NCBI GenBank assembly: GCA_038845975.1
Contig: JAWBQF010000004.1
Span: forward strand, 1-64,000
Direction of reading: 5' to 3'
DNA length: 64,000 nucleotides
From: Candidatus Methanomethylicia archaeon
GTDB lineage: Archaea > Thermoproteota > Methanomethylicia > CALHIW01
The translations under genes were made by a program, and so were the position numbers. Below the pieces are notes generated by a model, which was given only the letters and a program-made list of their open reading frames with translations, searched no databases and had not been told where the DNA came from. The first letter of the stretch is position 1. Every line of letters starts with the position of its first letter. Shown here in pieces: positions 42,780 to 53,332 of the stretch.

Positions 42780-43001
42780 GCTCTGTGGCTTAATATTCGC
42801 TTTCTCATGTTTTTCGTTAAATACTATGATTATAGAAATCTCTACTATAATTTCCCATATTTTATATAAATGCTCTTTAGTAATTTCTATGTGGCTACTA
42901 TTGGCGAGAACGGTGAATTGATGGGAATCTAATGTCAGCTACAAAACCTTATTAAGAGTATATAAATTTGATTTACAATTTCAAAATTAAGCTGTAATAT
43001 C
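42780..43001. mobile_element. Diverged family-A MITE carrying a nested family-D MITE (42872-42958)
   Basis: Outer parts match the reverse complement of 7896-8025. The inner 87 bp match 41416-41505 and are flanked by an exact TATATAAAT duplication (42863-42871, 42959-42967). Confidence 0.8.
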
Positions 43002-43141
43002 GTCCATTCTAATTCTCAACTATTAATGATTCTCTTTGCTGTTTTAATTTTTAAATGTAGATTAAGCTAAGTGGATGTTTAATTTTGATGATGTTTTGTT
43101 GTTAAGATTATTTATAAGTCTCCTCCTCAATTAAATTAGCT

Positions 43142-43516
43142 ATGGCCACTATTAGGTTGAATAAATATAATGAGGATTTTATTCGTTTTCTAAAATCTAT
43201 TGGTGCAAAATTTGATCCTAAGAGTAAGGAGTGGCATGTATCTCCAGATAGGATAGAGGAAGTTAAAAGTAAAATTAGGGAGTATAAAGTTGAGGCTGAG
43301 GTTAAATCTTATACTGCAAAACCTATTGAGGCTATCAAGCTAAGGGTTGGGAGTATTAGAATGAATCTTTCTAAAGATGGTAGATTTGCACTTATAAGAA
43401 TGAATTTAATAGCAAATGTAAATGATATTATAGAACTGCTTGAAGGAACTAGGAAGACTGTAAAGTTTCGGATATTACCTCCTAGAAGATCAAAATTAGA
43501 AGCGAAGTCTAATTAA
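43142..43516 (+). CDS. Small basic protein with a HARP/DUF5710-like N-terminal motif
   Basis: FIRFLKSIGAKFDPKSKEWHV motif; own TATA (TTTATAAG, ~43111). Confidence 0.7.
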   Translation: MATIRLNKYNEDFIRFLKSIGAKFDPKSKEWHVSPDRIEEVKSKIREYKVEAEVKSYTAKPIEAIKLRVGSIRMNLSKDGRFALIRMNLIANVNDIIELLEGTRKTVKFRILPPRRSKLEAKSN

Positions 43517-43578
43517 TATTGATGGATTGCTAAGCTTAAATATGTTTAAGCTTTAACTTCAATGTTTAGATTAAAAAG

Positions 43579-44640
43579 TTATTTTCTACATATCTTAACA
43601 TCGAAAACAGTTATTAATTCGTAAGGTGCAACTTCTAGAACTCTTCTAGCTTCTAGGATTTCAGCCTCAACATCGTTTCTCCTAAGCTCCATTAATAATT
43701 TATCTCTTTCTAAAGTTATTCCCTCATGGCTTGCTACATAAGTATAGTAATGTATAATTCCCTTCATATCTCTTAATGCTTTAATAGCTACATCTATAAA
43801 TTCTATAGCATTATGGGGGAGGTTCATTATAATCCTGTTAGCAGTATTTTGTAGTTTGGAATTTATGATTTCTCTAGCATCACCATAAATCGGTATTATT
43901 TCACCTTTAAGTTTATTAAGTTTTAGGTTTTCATTAAGATACTTAATTGCTTCAGGATTTATATCTATAGCATATACTCTAGCTTTAGTTCTTAAAGCTA
44001 TATGGAGAGCGAAGGAGCCAACACCGGTAAACATATCTATAACTGTCTCCCCATCCACTACCTTAGATGCAACCCTAACATGCTCATATGATAGGCTTGG
44101 ATTAAAGTATACTTTCGAGATGTCTACCTTCATTCTACATCCATATTCTACATGTATTGTTTCAGTTCTTCTCTCACCAGCTATATGTTCAATAGGTCTA
44201 ATCCTATATATTCCTTCAGTTCCTCCAGTTTTCATGTATACAGCTTTAACTGAGGAGTTAACAGCCATTATTCCCTCACCTATAATACTCCTATAGCTAT
44301 ATAGTTGATCAGGAATCTCTATGATTGCAATATCACCCACTATACTGAACGATCTTGGTAGAATTGCAAGCATCCATGGTTCAAGTTTACCGGATAATGC
44401 CTCAATAAGACTGCGCGGCTTCCTCAATTTAGGTTCAAATTCAAAACCTACAATGCATGCATTAGACTCAATCTTAAGAACCTCATCAACTTCTTCAGCT
44501 TTAAGCTCCCTAGTAATTGGAAATATAACTTTATCATTAACTTTAGCTACTTTAAATTTCTCATCTAATACGCCCATTAACTTTAATAGTTTCCGAACTT
44601 CCTCAGCTTTAATCCTAGAAACTCTAATTCCTATTCCCAT
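43579..44640 (-). CDS. trm5: tRNA (guanine(37)-N1)-methyltransferase, aTrm5-like
   Basis: N-terminal D1 domain, SFSIVGDIAI, VYFNP, IDMFTGVGSF, AIDINP, RIIMNLP. Confidence 0.88.
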   Translation of the reverse strand: MGIGIRVSRIKAEEVRKLLKLMGVLDEKFKVAKVNDKVIFPITRELKAEEVDEVLKIESNACIVGFEFEPKLRKPRSLIEALSGKLEPWMLAILPRSFSIVGDIAIIEIPDQLYSYRSIIGEGIMAVNSSVKAVYMKTGGTEGIYRIRPIEHIAGERRTETIHVEYGCRMKVDISKVYFNPSLSYEHVRVASKVVDGETVIDMFTGVGSFALHIALRTKARVYAIDINPEAIKYLNENLKLNKLKGEIIPIYGDAREIINSKLQNTANRIIMNLPHNAIEFIDVAIKALRDMKGIIHYYTYVASHEGITLERDKLLMELRRNDVEAEILEARRVLEVAPYELITVFDVKICRK

Positions 44641-45087
44641 ATACGCCTCTACTCCAATGACTATAATTCAATACTATTATTATGTAGAACTAATTTATAA
44701 AGGTGAATGTCTAAGAACTCATAGTTTAAACTCTGGAATGAATGGGCGAAGTTTAAGAGGTAAGGAAGATATTAGGTACAGCTTAAACTATACTTTAAGG
44801 ATGAACATGGATTAGCATTAGGATTGTAAGAAAGGTTTCAGCTCCTGAAGGATTAAAGCCGTTATTAGGGTTCAGCATTAGGTTTAATCATGCTATCTAC
44901 TCATAAGCTGTAAACTCCGTTAACAGCAAGGTTTAGGAATATAAGGATAACCCTAGTTCTCATTAATCGGATTATGCTGAATGTTAATATTAAGAAGATT
45001 CATTAAAGTTTAATGTTACAAATATGATTCCTTTGGAATATTTTTGGCAGCAATATATATTGGTTTTTCTATTATTTATTGGTGTTT

Positions 45088-45717
45088 ATGGGTTTTGTTG
45101 TTTTTGATGATGTATGTTTATGGTGTAGGTGTTTAGCCTCATTTATTCGTAGGGTTTTCGGTATTGAAATAGTTCCCTTAGGAAGGGTTGTTGAGGATTT
45201 TGGTGTTAAGCTTAATAAGGGTAGAATATATGTTTTTGATAATGGAGTTAATGAGGGATTTAAACCACTAATAAAACTAATAGTAAATAAGGGTAGGCTG
45301 AAATCCCTAAGAATTATACCATCATATATAGCGTATAGAGTAGCTAGGAGTGTAAATGTTAGGTGTGGATGTAACTATAGTAGGAGGACATATATTAGAA
45401 GAGTATTACTAGGTATTATATTTTTAGTATTTTTCATTCTTTTAAGCATTATATGGCATGATGTTTTAATAGGGATATTTATTCTTTTTTCTCTCCTTTT
45501 CACTATTATTCTCAACCTCATAATATACCTTATAAAACCCTCTAAAAGTAAGCAGAGATTACTCTTACTAATTTACGGATATGTTTACTTTTTTACAGCG
45601 AGAATATTAGGAGATATGCTAGGTGTAAGTATACATCCATTTTCTCGTCTTGATGGACTTCTCTTCATGATAATGATGTGGACAATAATATATGGAATAC
45701 TATGTATAGTTAATTAA
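45088..45717 (+). CDS. DCC1/DUF393-like thiol-disulfide domain fused to a membrane domain
   Basis: VVFDDVCLWC (DxxCxxC) N-terminus and about four C-terminal TM helices. Confidence 0.65.
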   Translation: MGFVVFDDVCLWCRCLASFIRRVFGIEIVPLGRVVEDFGVKLNKGRIYVFDNGVNEGFKPLIKLIVNKGRLKSLRIIPSYIAYRVARSVNVRCGCNYSRRTYIRRVLLGIIFLVFFILLSIIWHDVLIGIFILFSLLFTIILNLIIYLIKPSKSKQRLLLLIYGYVYFFTARILGDMLGVSIHPFSRLDGLLFMIMMWTIIYGILCIVN

Positions 45718-45749
45718 AGGGGATAATTAAAGGGGAGCGATAATGTTAT

Positions 45750-46385
45750 TATTGGTTACTGTTGGATGAATATGCTGCTAGGTATAGGCACTGCTAAAAG
45801 CTTAAAGGATTAGAGGTAGATGGAGCTTGATGTAAGAGCGAGTAATTAATGCTAATATCTAAAGGATGATCTATTAGTAAGCCTTGTAAGGCTGCTATTG
45901 ACAGCGCAACTATTAAAGCTAGGAAAGAAAGCTAGTTAGCTATGCATGGATATAAGAATATCGTAGACATGAAAATACATGTAGTTTTACCATCTAAAGC
46001 CCTGCCATTAAGCATTAAAATAGGTAGACAACAAGTCCAACTCTAACTACTTCATACCCTCCTAAGGAATGTGAGAATTGAGTATAGTAGGGTAAATCTA
46101 TAAGTAGGATTACGGCAGATTCATAGATGCTAGGAGATGAAGGAATATTTCAAGCATAAAGGAATAAAGAAGCATAAATATTAATTCAAGGAATAAACTA
46201 AACATGGAAGACTATATAGACTTAATGGAAAAGTATACAAGAGTATGAGAATATGTTGAAGATTCTTCACATAGCTAACAGCATTTAGAGAATAACCATA
46301 AAATTTGAAAGACTGGCATCAACATTCCTAAGCTTTATACAAATAATATGCATAACAGTATACCCAAGGGTTTCGCGATGAGTTT
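45750..46385 (+). mobile_element. Heavily decayed copy of the IS427-group element
   Basis: Fragments colinear with 46651-47490 (IDSATIKARK, KIHVV, KFERLASTFLSFIQ); right-IR remnant GGTTTCGCGATGAGTT. Left boundary approximate. Confidence 0.75.
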
Positions 46386-46650
46386 TAAGGCAAAGACGTA
46401 TTGAGTGGAAAATGAAAACATGTATAAGGTTATCATTAGTGGTATGATTCCTATTAATCTCTTACTTGGAGGTAATGTAATAATTAGAAAAGAGAAAAAT
46501 ATTATTTGTAAATATTCCAATTAGGTAAATATTCTTTAAACGACCTTATTAAAAGCCATCCTTATCCATAACTATGGATCTGAATACCAAACACCAATAG
46601 TAGTATTCATGATCTGTTCAATAAGGTTGCTGTACCTATCATTTTGTATT

Positions 46651-47490
46651 GAACTCATTGCAAAACTATTTAAGCCTTCTTCTTTTATACTTTCTTCATG
46701 GAGCTTCGTGAGCTTAGTGATTGTGAGTGGGAGCTTATTAGACCTTTGCTTCCTCCTATGGCTAGGGTTGGTAGACCTAGGATAGATGATAGGCTTGTTG
46801 AACGGTATTTTATATGTGCTTGTTACCGGCTGTAGATGGATGGATATGCCTTCTAGGTATGGGCATTACTCAACAGCCTTTAGGAGGCTTAAGAGATGGA
46901 GCTAGGTGTTTGGAGCAGATACTTAATGCCCTGATATCTAAGGTTTATTCTACGGGTAAGCCTTGATAGGGTTACCGTTGATAGCACGACTATAAAGGCT
47001 AGGAAAGGGGGAGCTTGTAGGCTATGATGGATATAAGCATATTAAGGGTACGAAGATTCATGCTGTTGTATCGCCTGAATCCCTACCCCTAAGCGTTCAG
47101 GTTGGGTCAGGTAATGAGCATGACTCAAAACGCTTCATAAAGCTCCTTGAAGATGTAAGGGTTAAGCATGGTAGGGGTAGGCCTAGGAGTAGACCTAAAG
47201 AGGTTATAGGAGACTCAGCATATGATGCTAGGAGATTAGAGAATACCTCAAGCGTAGAGGAGTGAAAGCAAACATAGATGTCAACCCGAGGCGTAAGCCC
47301 AAGCATGGAAGACCATACAGGCTCGATGGGAAGGCATATAAGAGCATGAGGAGCGCTGTTGAAAGATTCTTCTCATGGATAACATCATTCAGAAGATTAT
47401 CCATAAGATACGAAAGACTAGCATCAACATTCCTAGGATTCATACAAATAGCATGCATAATAATATTGCTGAGGGTTTTCAGATGAGTTC
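46651..47490 (+). mobile_element. IS5-family (IS427-group) element with frameshifted transposase pseudogene
   Basis: IRs GAACTCATTGCAAAACT / GGTTTTCAGATGAGTTC; 3-bp ATT on both flanks. Peptide pieces LSDCEWELIRPLLP..GRPR, NGILYVLVTGCRWMDMP, VDSTTIKA, GTKIHAVV, GDSAYD, RSAVERFFSWI..FRRLSIRYER. Confidence 0.92.
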
Positions 47491-47516
47491 ATTAAAAAAT
47501 AAAATTAGGTTATTGA

Positions 47517-50162
47517 TTATTTTTTCCTAGCTATAATAGCTATTGCTACCAATACTACTAGGTTTATAACTAGTAGAATGATAGCTATTGTTAGTAGATT
47601 GTTTAATGATGATATTGCTGAGGCTAGCTGGCTTGTTGATGTCTCTAGACTTGTAGCAAGCGTAGTAAGCTGACCTGATAATACTCCTATCTGACCTGAT
47701 AGCCCACTAATTTTGTCCTCAATGCCTTTACCAACTTTCTCAAACCCCATCTCTATAGGCTTTATGTTAAGTACATCAAAGAAATGCTTCTCAGCACTTA
47801 CAAATGATACAACTCCACTATATCCTGCTATTGTTAGCTCGTAAAGTCCAGCCTTCAGCTTAGCCGTAAATTCTGCTGGTAGTATTATTGCAAATCTTGT
47901 TGGAGTAATTTTTTCCCCATCACCTATCCTAATAATTTCTCCTGTTATTGGATCCTTAATTAGATATTTAAGTCCTAATGGTGATGGACCTTTAAGCTCA
48001 ATTACAAATGTAGATTCACCACCAGGTACTACTGTTGGAATTCCTATACTAACTATTTCTATCTGTTCAGGTTTTCCAAAATACCATTTACCTGCGCTAA
48101 ATGGATATGTTGGATCTCTAAAAGCTCTTAACTCAACATACTGTGCAGCTGGATCAAACTTATAAAGATAGAATGGACCATTACTTATCACTATATTCCC
48201 ATAGCTACTAAACCACTGTGATGCGGCATCATAACGTGCTTTAGCATCATCCCTTACAGCGTAAGATTTACCAAGAACCGTGAAAACATTTTCAGGGAAG
48301 AATTCTGTGGTTTTCATTTCATTAATAGTATTCGTAACCATCATTGCATGATCCTTCAATACTAGGGATAGCCATGGAACCTTAAACTTATTAGCAGCAG
48401 TCTCGGAATATGCTGCTTGCTTCTTTTCAAAGACAACTTTATCCATTGCTGCAAGAACTTCCCAAGGCATTGCTGTTATTGCACCTGTAGAAGCCGATGT
48501 AGAGAATGAAGTTAAAGCATAGTCTGCAATATAGTTAATATCAAAATGCCAGTAATCAATATAAACCTCAATGCTATTACCTATAATTCTAAATCCCTTA
48601 AATGTAGGAAGAACTTCTCCAAAAGTAGCTGCTACGGTAGACTCTAACGCAGACTTATTAGGATCATAGGTCATATCCCATATCTGATATATTGCAAACA
48701 ATATATCTGCCCATGTTATTGATTGACCATGATGCCATTTAGAGCCTAAATACTTCGATAAATCAAATACAACCTTACTCTTTGCAGTAATACCTTTACC
48801 TACAGCAGTCCATGATTTCGATTTAGCATCCCATATGAAAGCATCTTCAGGTACCGTTAACACTCCATCAGGTCCCTTAGTTTCAACAGTATAGCTTGCT
48901 CTAAATGGTATTGGTAATCCACTAAATGGATTTCTCCAAACTGCAGGATCATATACTGCTCTCCAAATATCAACACTATAAACATCATCATGTCCTCCAA
49001 TAGGATTCCAAACTGATCTTTCAGTCCAAACCCATAAGTGTCCTACGGTAACCGTAGTCTTACCAGGAATGTATACCTCCCTAGGGTTAAGGGGAGATCT
49101 TAATCCTGTACCAAGATCTAAAGTTAACCCCTTAACATCTTTTCTTGCAGGATTTATATCAAGTCTTGTAGCAACCCAGATTCTAACTGCTTCTTGAATA
49201 ATCATTTCAGAGCATTTTCTATATAGCTCATTTCTTTCATTTTCACTCTTAAATTCACCCTTAAAAATCCTTTTACCTAAATTGTCAATTGTTGAGTTCT
49301 CATATTGCCACCATCCAGCCTCCTGGTAGCCTGGCATCCACCCATACCATGGAGCACCAAACTGATTAATAGTTGTATAATCATATTTTTCAGGCGCACC
49401 TTTACCCCAACCTTCAGTATATATATGCCATTCAAGATCCTTAGGATCTGTTGCATAAATAATTCCTATTGCCTGACCAAACGGCATATATAGTCTCTCA
49501 ACAGTAAATCCTATTTTCTCTAGTTCTGATGCTAAAGCATCACCTATTTCTCTTCTCTCATCCTCTATTCTTATTATGAACTTTACAGTTATGGGTTTAC
49601 CTTTATAGTACCACTTACCAGCCTCTTTAACAGCACCAGCCTTAGTTAATGCTTGAGTAATTATAGTATTAGCAAGTACTGGATCATATTTAAACTCATA
49701 TCTTGATATAATATCATATATAGTAACATAGTCAGGATCATAGCTTGATAGGAAGGCATACATAGGAGATGCGAAACCTTTATAGATTGTTGATACAACA
49801 TATTCACGATTAATTAGATAGTTAAGCGCAAATCTTACCTCTCTTATTGAAAAGGGATTTAGTTGACCTTCGGGAGCTGGTGCTGGATTTAAACCGAAGT
49901 CAACAATTCCTGCAGGAGCATAATACATATCTATTTCAGGTATACCTCTTAATTCTTCTGCCTGAGCTGGCCTTAATCCAAAAATATAGTAGTCTACCTC
50001 TCCAGCTTTAACTGCTTGAGCTGCAAGTTCAAGTGGAACTCTTTTGAACATAATAATATCACTAGCTGGCCCTATTTTTTGAGCTGAAACAATATTAACT
50101 AGTACCGTAGGTACTAGAAGCAGAATTAGAACTAATAGTGCTAATCTATGTGTGTTGTTCAC
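47517..50162 (-). CDS. ABC transporter substrate-binding protein (family 5, archaeal) with C-terminal membrane anchor
   Basis: Signal peptide, NPFSIREVRFALNYLINR, FIIRIEDERREIGD, WHIYTEGW, KWHHGQSITWADI, ISNGPFYL, C-terminal TM plus basic tail. Confidence 0.9.
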   Translation of the reverse strand: MNNTHRLALLVLILLLVPTVLVNIVSAQKIGPASDIIMFKRVPLELAAQAVKAGEVDYYIFGLRPAQAEELRGIPEIDMYYAPAGIVDFGLNPAPAPEGQLNPFSIREVRFALNYLINREYVVSTIYKGFASPMYAFLSSYDPDYVTIYDIISRYEFKYDPVLANTIITQALTKAGAVKEAGKWYYKGKPITVKFIIRIEDERREIGDALASELEKIGFTVERLYMPFGQAIGIIYATDPKDLEWHIYTEGWGKGAPEKYDYTTINQFGAPWYGWMPGYQEAGWWQYENSTIDNLGKRIFKGEFKSENERNELYRKCSEMIIQEAVRIWVATRLDINPARKDVKGLTLDLGTGLRSPLNPREVYIPGKTTVTVGHLWVWTERSVWNPIGGHDDVYSVDIWRAVYDPAVWRNPFSGLPIPFRASYTVETKGPDGVLTVPEDAFIWDAKSKSWTAVGKGITAKSKVVFDLSKYLGSKWHHGQSITWADILFAIYQIWDMTYDPNKSALESTVAATFGEVLPTFKGFRIIGNSIEVYIDYWHFDINYIADYALTSFSTSASTGAITAMPWEVLAAMDKVVFEKKQAAYSETAANKFKVPWLSLVLKDHAMMVTNTINEMKTTEFFPENVFTVLGKSYAVRDDAKARYDAASQWFSSYGNIVISNGPFYLYKFDPAAQYVELRAFRDPTYPFSAGKWYFGKPEQIEIVSIGIPTVVPGGESTFVIELKGPSPLGLKYLIKDPITGEIIRIGDGEKITPTRFAIILPAEFTAKLKAGLYELTIAGYSGVVSFVSAEKHFFDVLNIKPIEMGFEKVGKGIEDKISGLSGQIGVLSGQLTTLATSLETSTSQLASAISSLNNLLTIAIILLVINLVVLVAIAIIARKK

Positions 50163-50217
50163 GGAATCACCACATCTACTATAAAAACATATATTTAAGC
50201 GTTTCTAATAGAAATTT

Positions 50218-50905
50218 GGCTTTGTTAACTTAAGCATGTTGATTATTCTATTTTGGTATTGTGTTTCTATGAATTCTTAGCTTTATCTTTTCATCAATCC
50301 ATGTTTCATTTATCATGTATACTATTGATTTCTAGGCATTAATCCATTTTTATTATCGCATTTATTCTTCATACATGGTATGCAGTTATCGAATAGTTTG
50401 GTCTTATCCTTACTATATGATTCTCTCCATTTAGGTTTTTAACTTCTAAACAGTATCTTCATGTTTTAAACTCATAGTACATGATATAGTAATGAGTATC
50501 GCTTAATACAACTATATTAAAACCATAGATAGCCTTAATCTTTTAATGTTAGTAATGTAAGTATATTTGAAACATCAAATTCATATATACAAAATTCTCC
50601 TTAATAACGGCTCAAAAGCAACATACATAATCCTATTCTTATACTACATTTATAATAGTATCATCAACCATAATCCTAACATCCCCCTATCAAAATCAAT
50701 AGAAGATTAAGATAAACCATAATATGGATACATAACCTAAAACAATAAAAATTAAAATATCCGAAACCATCCTAGATGAACGAAAATATAAGCAATAAAC
50801 AACTAAAGTAAATGGAGTTCTCTCCCAACAAATCTAATAACCTTAGACATAAACACACCATAAATAAAGGAGAAAAACCCAAATAAAGCTAAAGTTAACA
50901 AAGCC
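50218..50905. mobile_element. ~690-bp non-autonomous element (family B), copy 2
   Basis: Same IRs as 26092-26790; 8-bp TSD AGAAATTT / AGAAAATT; colinear interior. Confidence 0.88.
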
Positions 50906-50913
50906 AGAAAATT

Positions 50914-50972
50914 AACTTTGTGAACTTAAATCATCAACTGTACATACTTACCGTATCTAAAGCTCACAGATC
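50914..50972. mobile_element. ~58-bp MITE (family C) abutting family B
   Basis: TTGTGAACTTAA...TATCTAAAGCTCACAGA aligns with 38949-39006. Confidence 0.65.
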
Positions 50973-51506
50973 AAAGCTTGCCTACTAACTTAAGTAGAAT
51001 ATCCTAGGATAGATATTGATTTTAAAAAGATATAATTAGATTTAACCATACTGCTATAGCAATCCATAGCATACTGGAAGATACTATTATCAGCAAAATG
51101 AGTAAAGAATAATCTTAAAGCTAAGTTGGCAGAATACTACGAGTTATCCGAAACCTTAATTAAGTTAATAGCTAAATCCCTTAATTAATGATTTCAGAAG
51201 AGTTCCTAGAAATTTTAAGAAAACATGAATTCAATATAACAGCAGATATACTTAAACTACATTAGACATAAATATGTGGAAATTTCATGAGTTACTAAAA
51301 GCGGGAAAAGAAACTCTATGAGCTTAGATGTAAGATATATGTAGTTGATGGTTTAAGTTAGCAAGATATAATTATCTTATGAACTTAACATATTATCTTA
51401 GAGTTTATGATAAGCTTTTACTACCCTGATAGATTAGTATTATCTAGTAGTAGATTCTATGTGATTATGATATTTATTACAGGTAATAGTAACTTATTGG
51501 TATGGT

Positions 51507-52853
51507 TTATTGGCTGTTTAACACTTCTCTTAATGTTTCCTCTAGTATATCTATGGCTTTCATAAGCAGTTCTTCTGTAATTACTAGCGGCGGAGATATT
51601 CTTATTGTTGATTTTCCAGCACCTATTAATGCTATACCTTTCTTGAAGCATTTAATTATTATTTCCTCCATTTCCTTTATTGCTGGCTTCTTTGATTTCT
51701 TATCTTTTACGAGTTCAATACCTATCATTAATCCTTTCCCTCTTACGTCACCTATTATTTCGTAATTCTCCATTAGCTCGTTAAGTCTCTTCATTGTTTT
51801 CTCTCCTAGCTTTAATGAGTTTTCAAGTAGTTTCTCATCCCTTATTACGTTTATAACTGTTAATGCTGCCATACATGAGATAGGGTTTCCACCAAATGTT
51901 GAGGCATGTGCTCCCCTAGGTAGATTCATAACATCCTCTCTACCTACTGTTACCCCTAATGGTAGTCCACTAGCTACCCCCTTAGCTATAGCTATTATAT
52001 CTGGAGTTACATTCCAATGTTCTATTGAAAACCATTTACCTGTTCTACCCATACCTGCTTGAACTTCATCATCTATGAATAGGATACCGTATTTTTCACA
52101 TAGTCTCTTAGCTTTAATCCAGTATTCCGGTGGTGGAACTATGTATCCACCTTCTCCCTGTATTGGCTCTGCAACTATTGCGCATACTTCATCGGGGGGA
52201 ATATATTTCTGTAAATAATACTCATCTATGAAGTCTATACAGTAGTAGTTACATGATGGATATTCCTGTTTCCAGGGACATCGATAACAATAAGGATATG
52301 GTATATGTTCAATGCAAGGAACAAATGGATGAAACCATTTTCTCTGGATTGGTTTACTTGAAGTTAGAGATAAAGCTCCAAGGGTTCTACCGTGAAATGA
52401 GCCTATATATGCTATTATGTATGGTCTTAACCCATTAAAGTATCCACGTGCAATCTTTATGGATGCCTCAATAGCTTCAGCTCCACTATTACTGTAAAAA
52501 ATCTTCTTATTAAAGTTACCTGGAGTTATTTTAATAATTTCCTTCGCAAGAGTTACAGCAGGTTCATATAGAAAATCCGTTATTGAGTAGTGTTGGAACT
52601 TTTTAGATTGCTTTTCAATAGCTTCGATAAGTCTTGGATGACAATGGCCAATAGAGCATACAGCAATGCCTGCATTTAAATCTATGTATTCATTACCATC
52701 AACATCAACAACAATAGCTCCATAGCCTCTCTCAATAACAAGAGGATACCATCTAACAAATGACTGCATTAAGAAATTTGAATCTTCATTAATAATTCTT
52801 AAAGCTTTAGGTCCAGGAGGCTCAACAATAATTTTAGGATAATACGTAGACAT
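51507..52853 (-). CDS. Class III PLP aminotransferase (ornithine/4-aminobutyrate-like)
   Basis: PPGPKA, DVDGNEYID, SNSGAEA, FHGRT, EPIQGEGG, DEVQAGMGRTG, AKGVASG, HASTFGGNP. Start moved to MSTYYPK. Confidence 0.93.
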   Translation of the reverse strand: MSTYYPKIIVEPPGPKALRIINEDSNFLMQSFVRWYPLVIERGYGAIVVDVDGNEYIDLNAGIAVCSIGHCHPRLIEAIEKQSKKFQHYSITDFLYEPAVTLAKEIIKITPGNFNKKIFYSNSGAEAIEASIKIARGYFNGLRPYIIAYIGSFHGRTLGALSLTSSKPIQRKWFHPFVPCIEHIPYPYCYRCPWKQEYPSCNYYCIDFIDEYYLQKYIPPDEVCAIVAEPIQGEGGYIVPPPEYWIKAKRLCEKYGILFIDDEVQAGMGRTGKWFSIEHWNVTPDIIAIAKGVASGLPLGVTVGREDVMNLPRGAHASTFGGNPISCMAALTVINVIRDEKLLENSLKLGEKTMKRLNELMENYEIIGDVRGKGLMIGIELVKDKKSKKPAIKEMEEIIIKCFKKGIALIGAGKSTIRISPPLVITEELLMKAIDILEETLREVLNSQ

Positions 52854-53332
52854 TTTACTCAATACTAGAAACGTACAAAGATATATAAATGTTTTCGAAA
52901 TATAATGCATATACTCCCATAAATAGTACGGAATTAATACTATTTACAAGGTATAGCATCAAACATCGTACTAGAACATTAACATATCAAGCCTTACAGA
53001 TCTAAATATAGGAAGTTTTCACATTACTTCTATAATTCTCCTACGCTATTTTAAGTTATAAGTGAAGTTAGACATTTAAAGAAGGGTATATTTAAGCATT
53101 TAAATTCTATACGTTCTTGTATTTCTGATAATTGATTTATTACTGTTCTAGCCTACATGGTATATAATGGTATTGGTAGCTAGCATTATAGTAGAATTTA
53201 ACCAGCTTAAATGGAAGCTACTATTTAAGGTAACGTGTTACTGTAACTTAGCGACGATCTATTGTTAAACTTAGATTTTACTGGTTTCATATAGGTTTTT
53301 AAGAGAGTTTGCTACATTACATATGGGTTATT

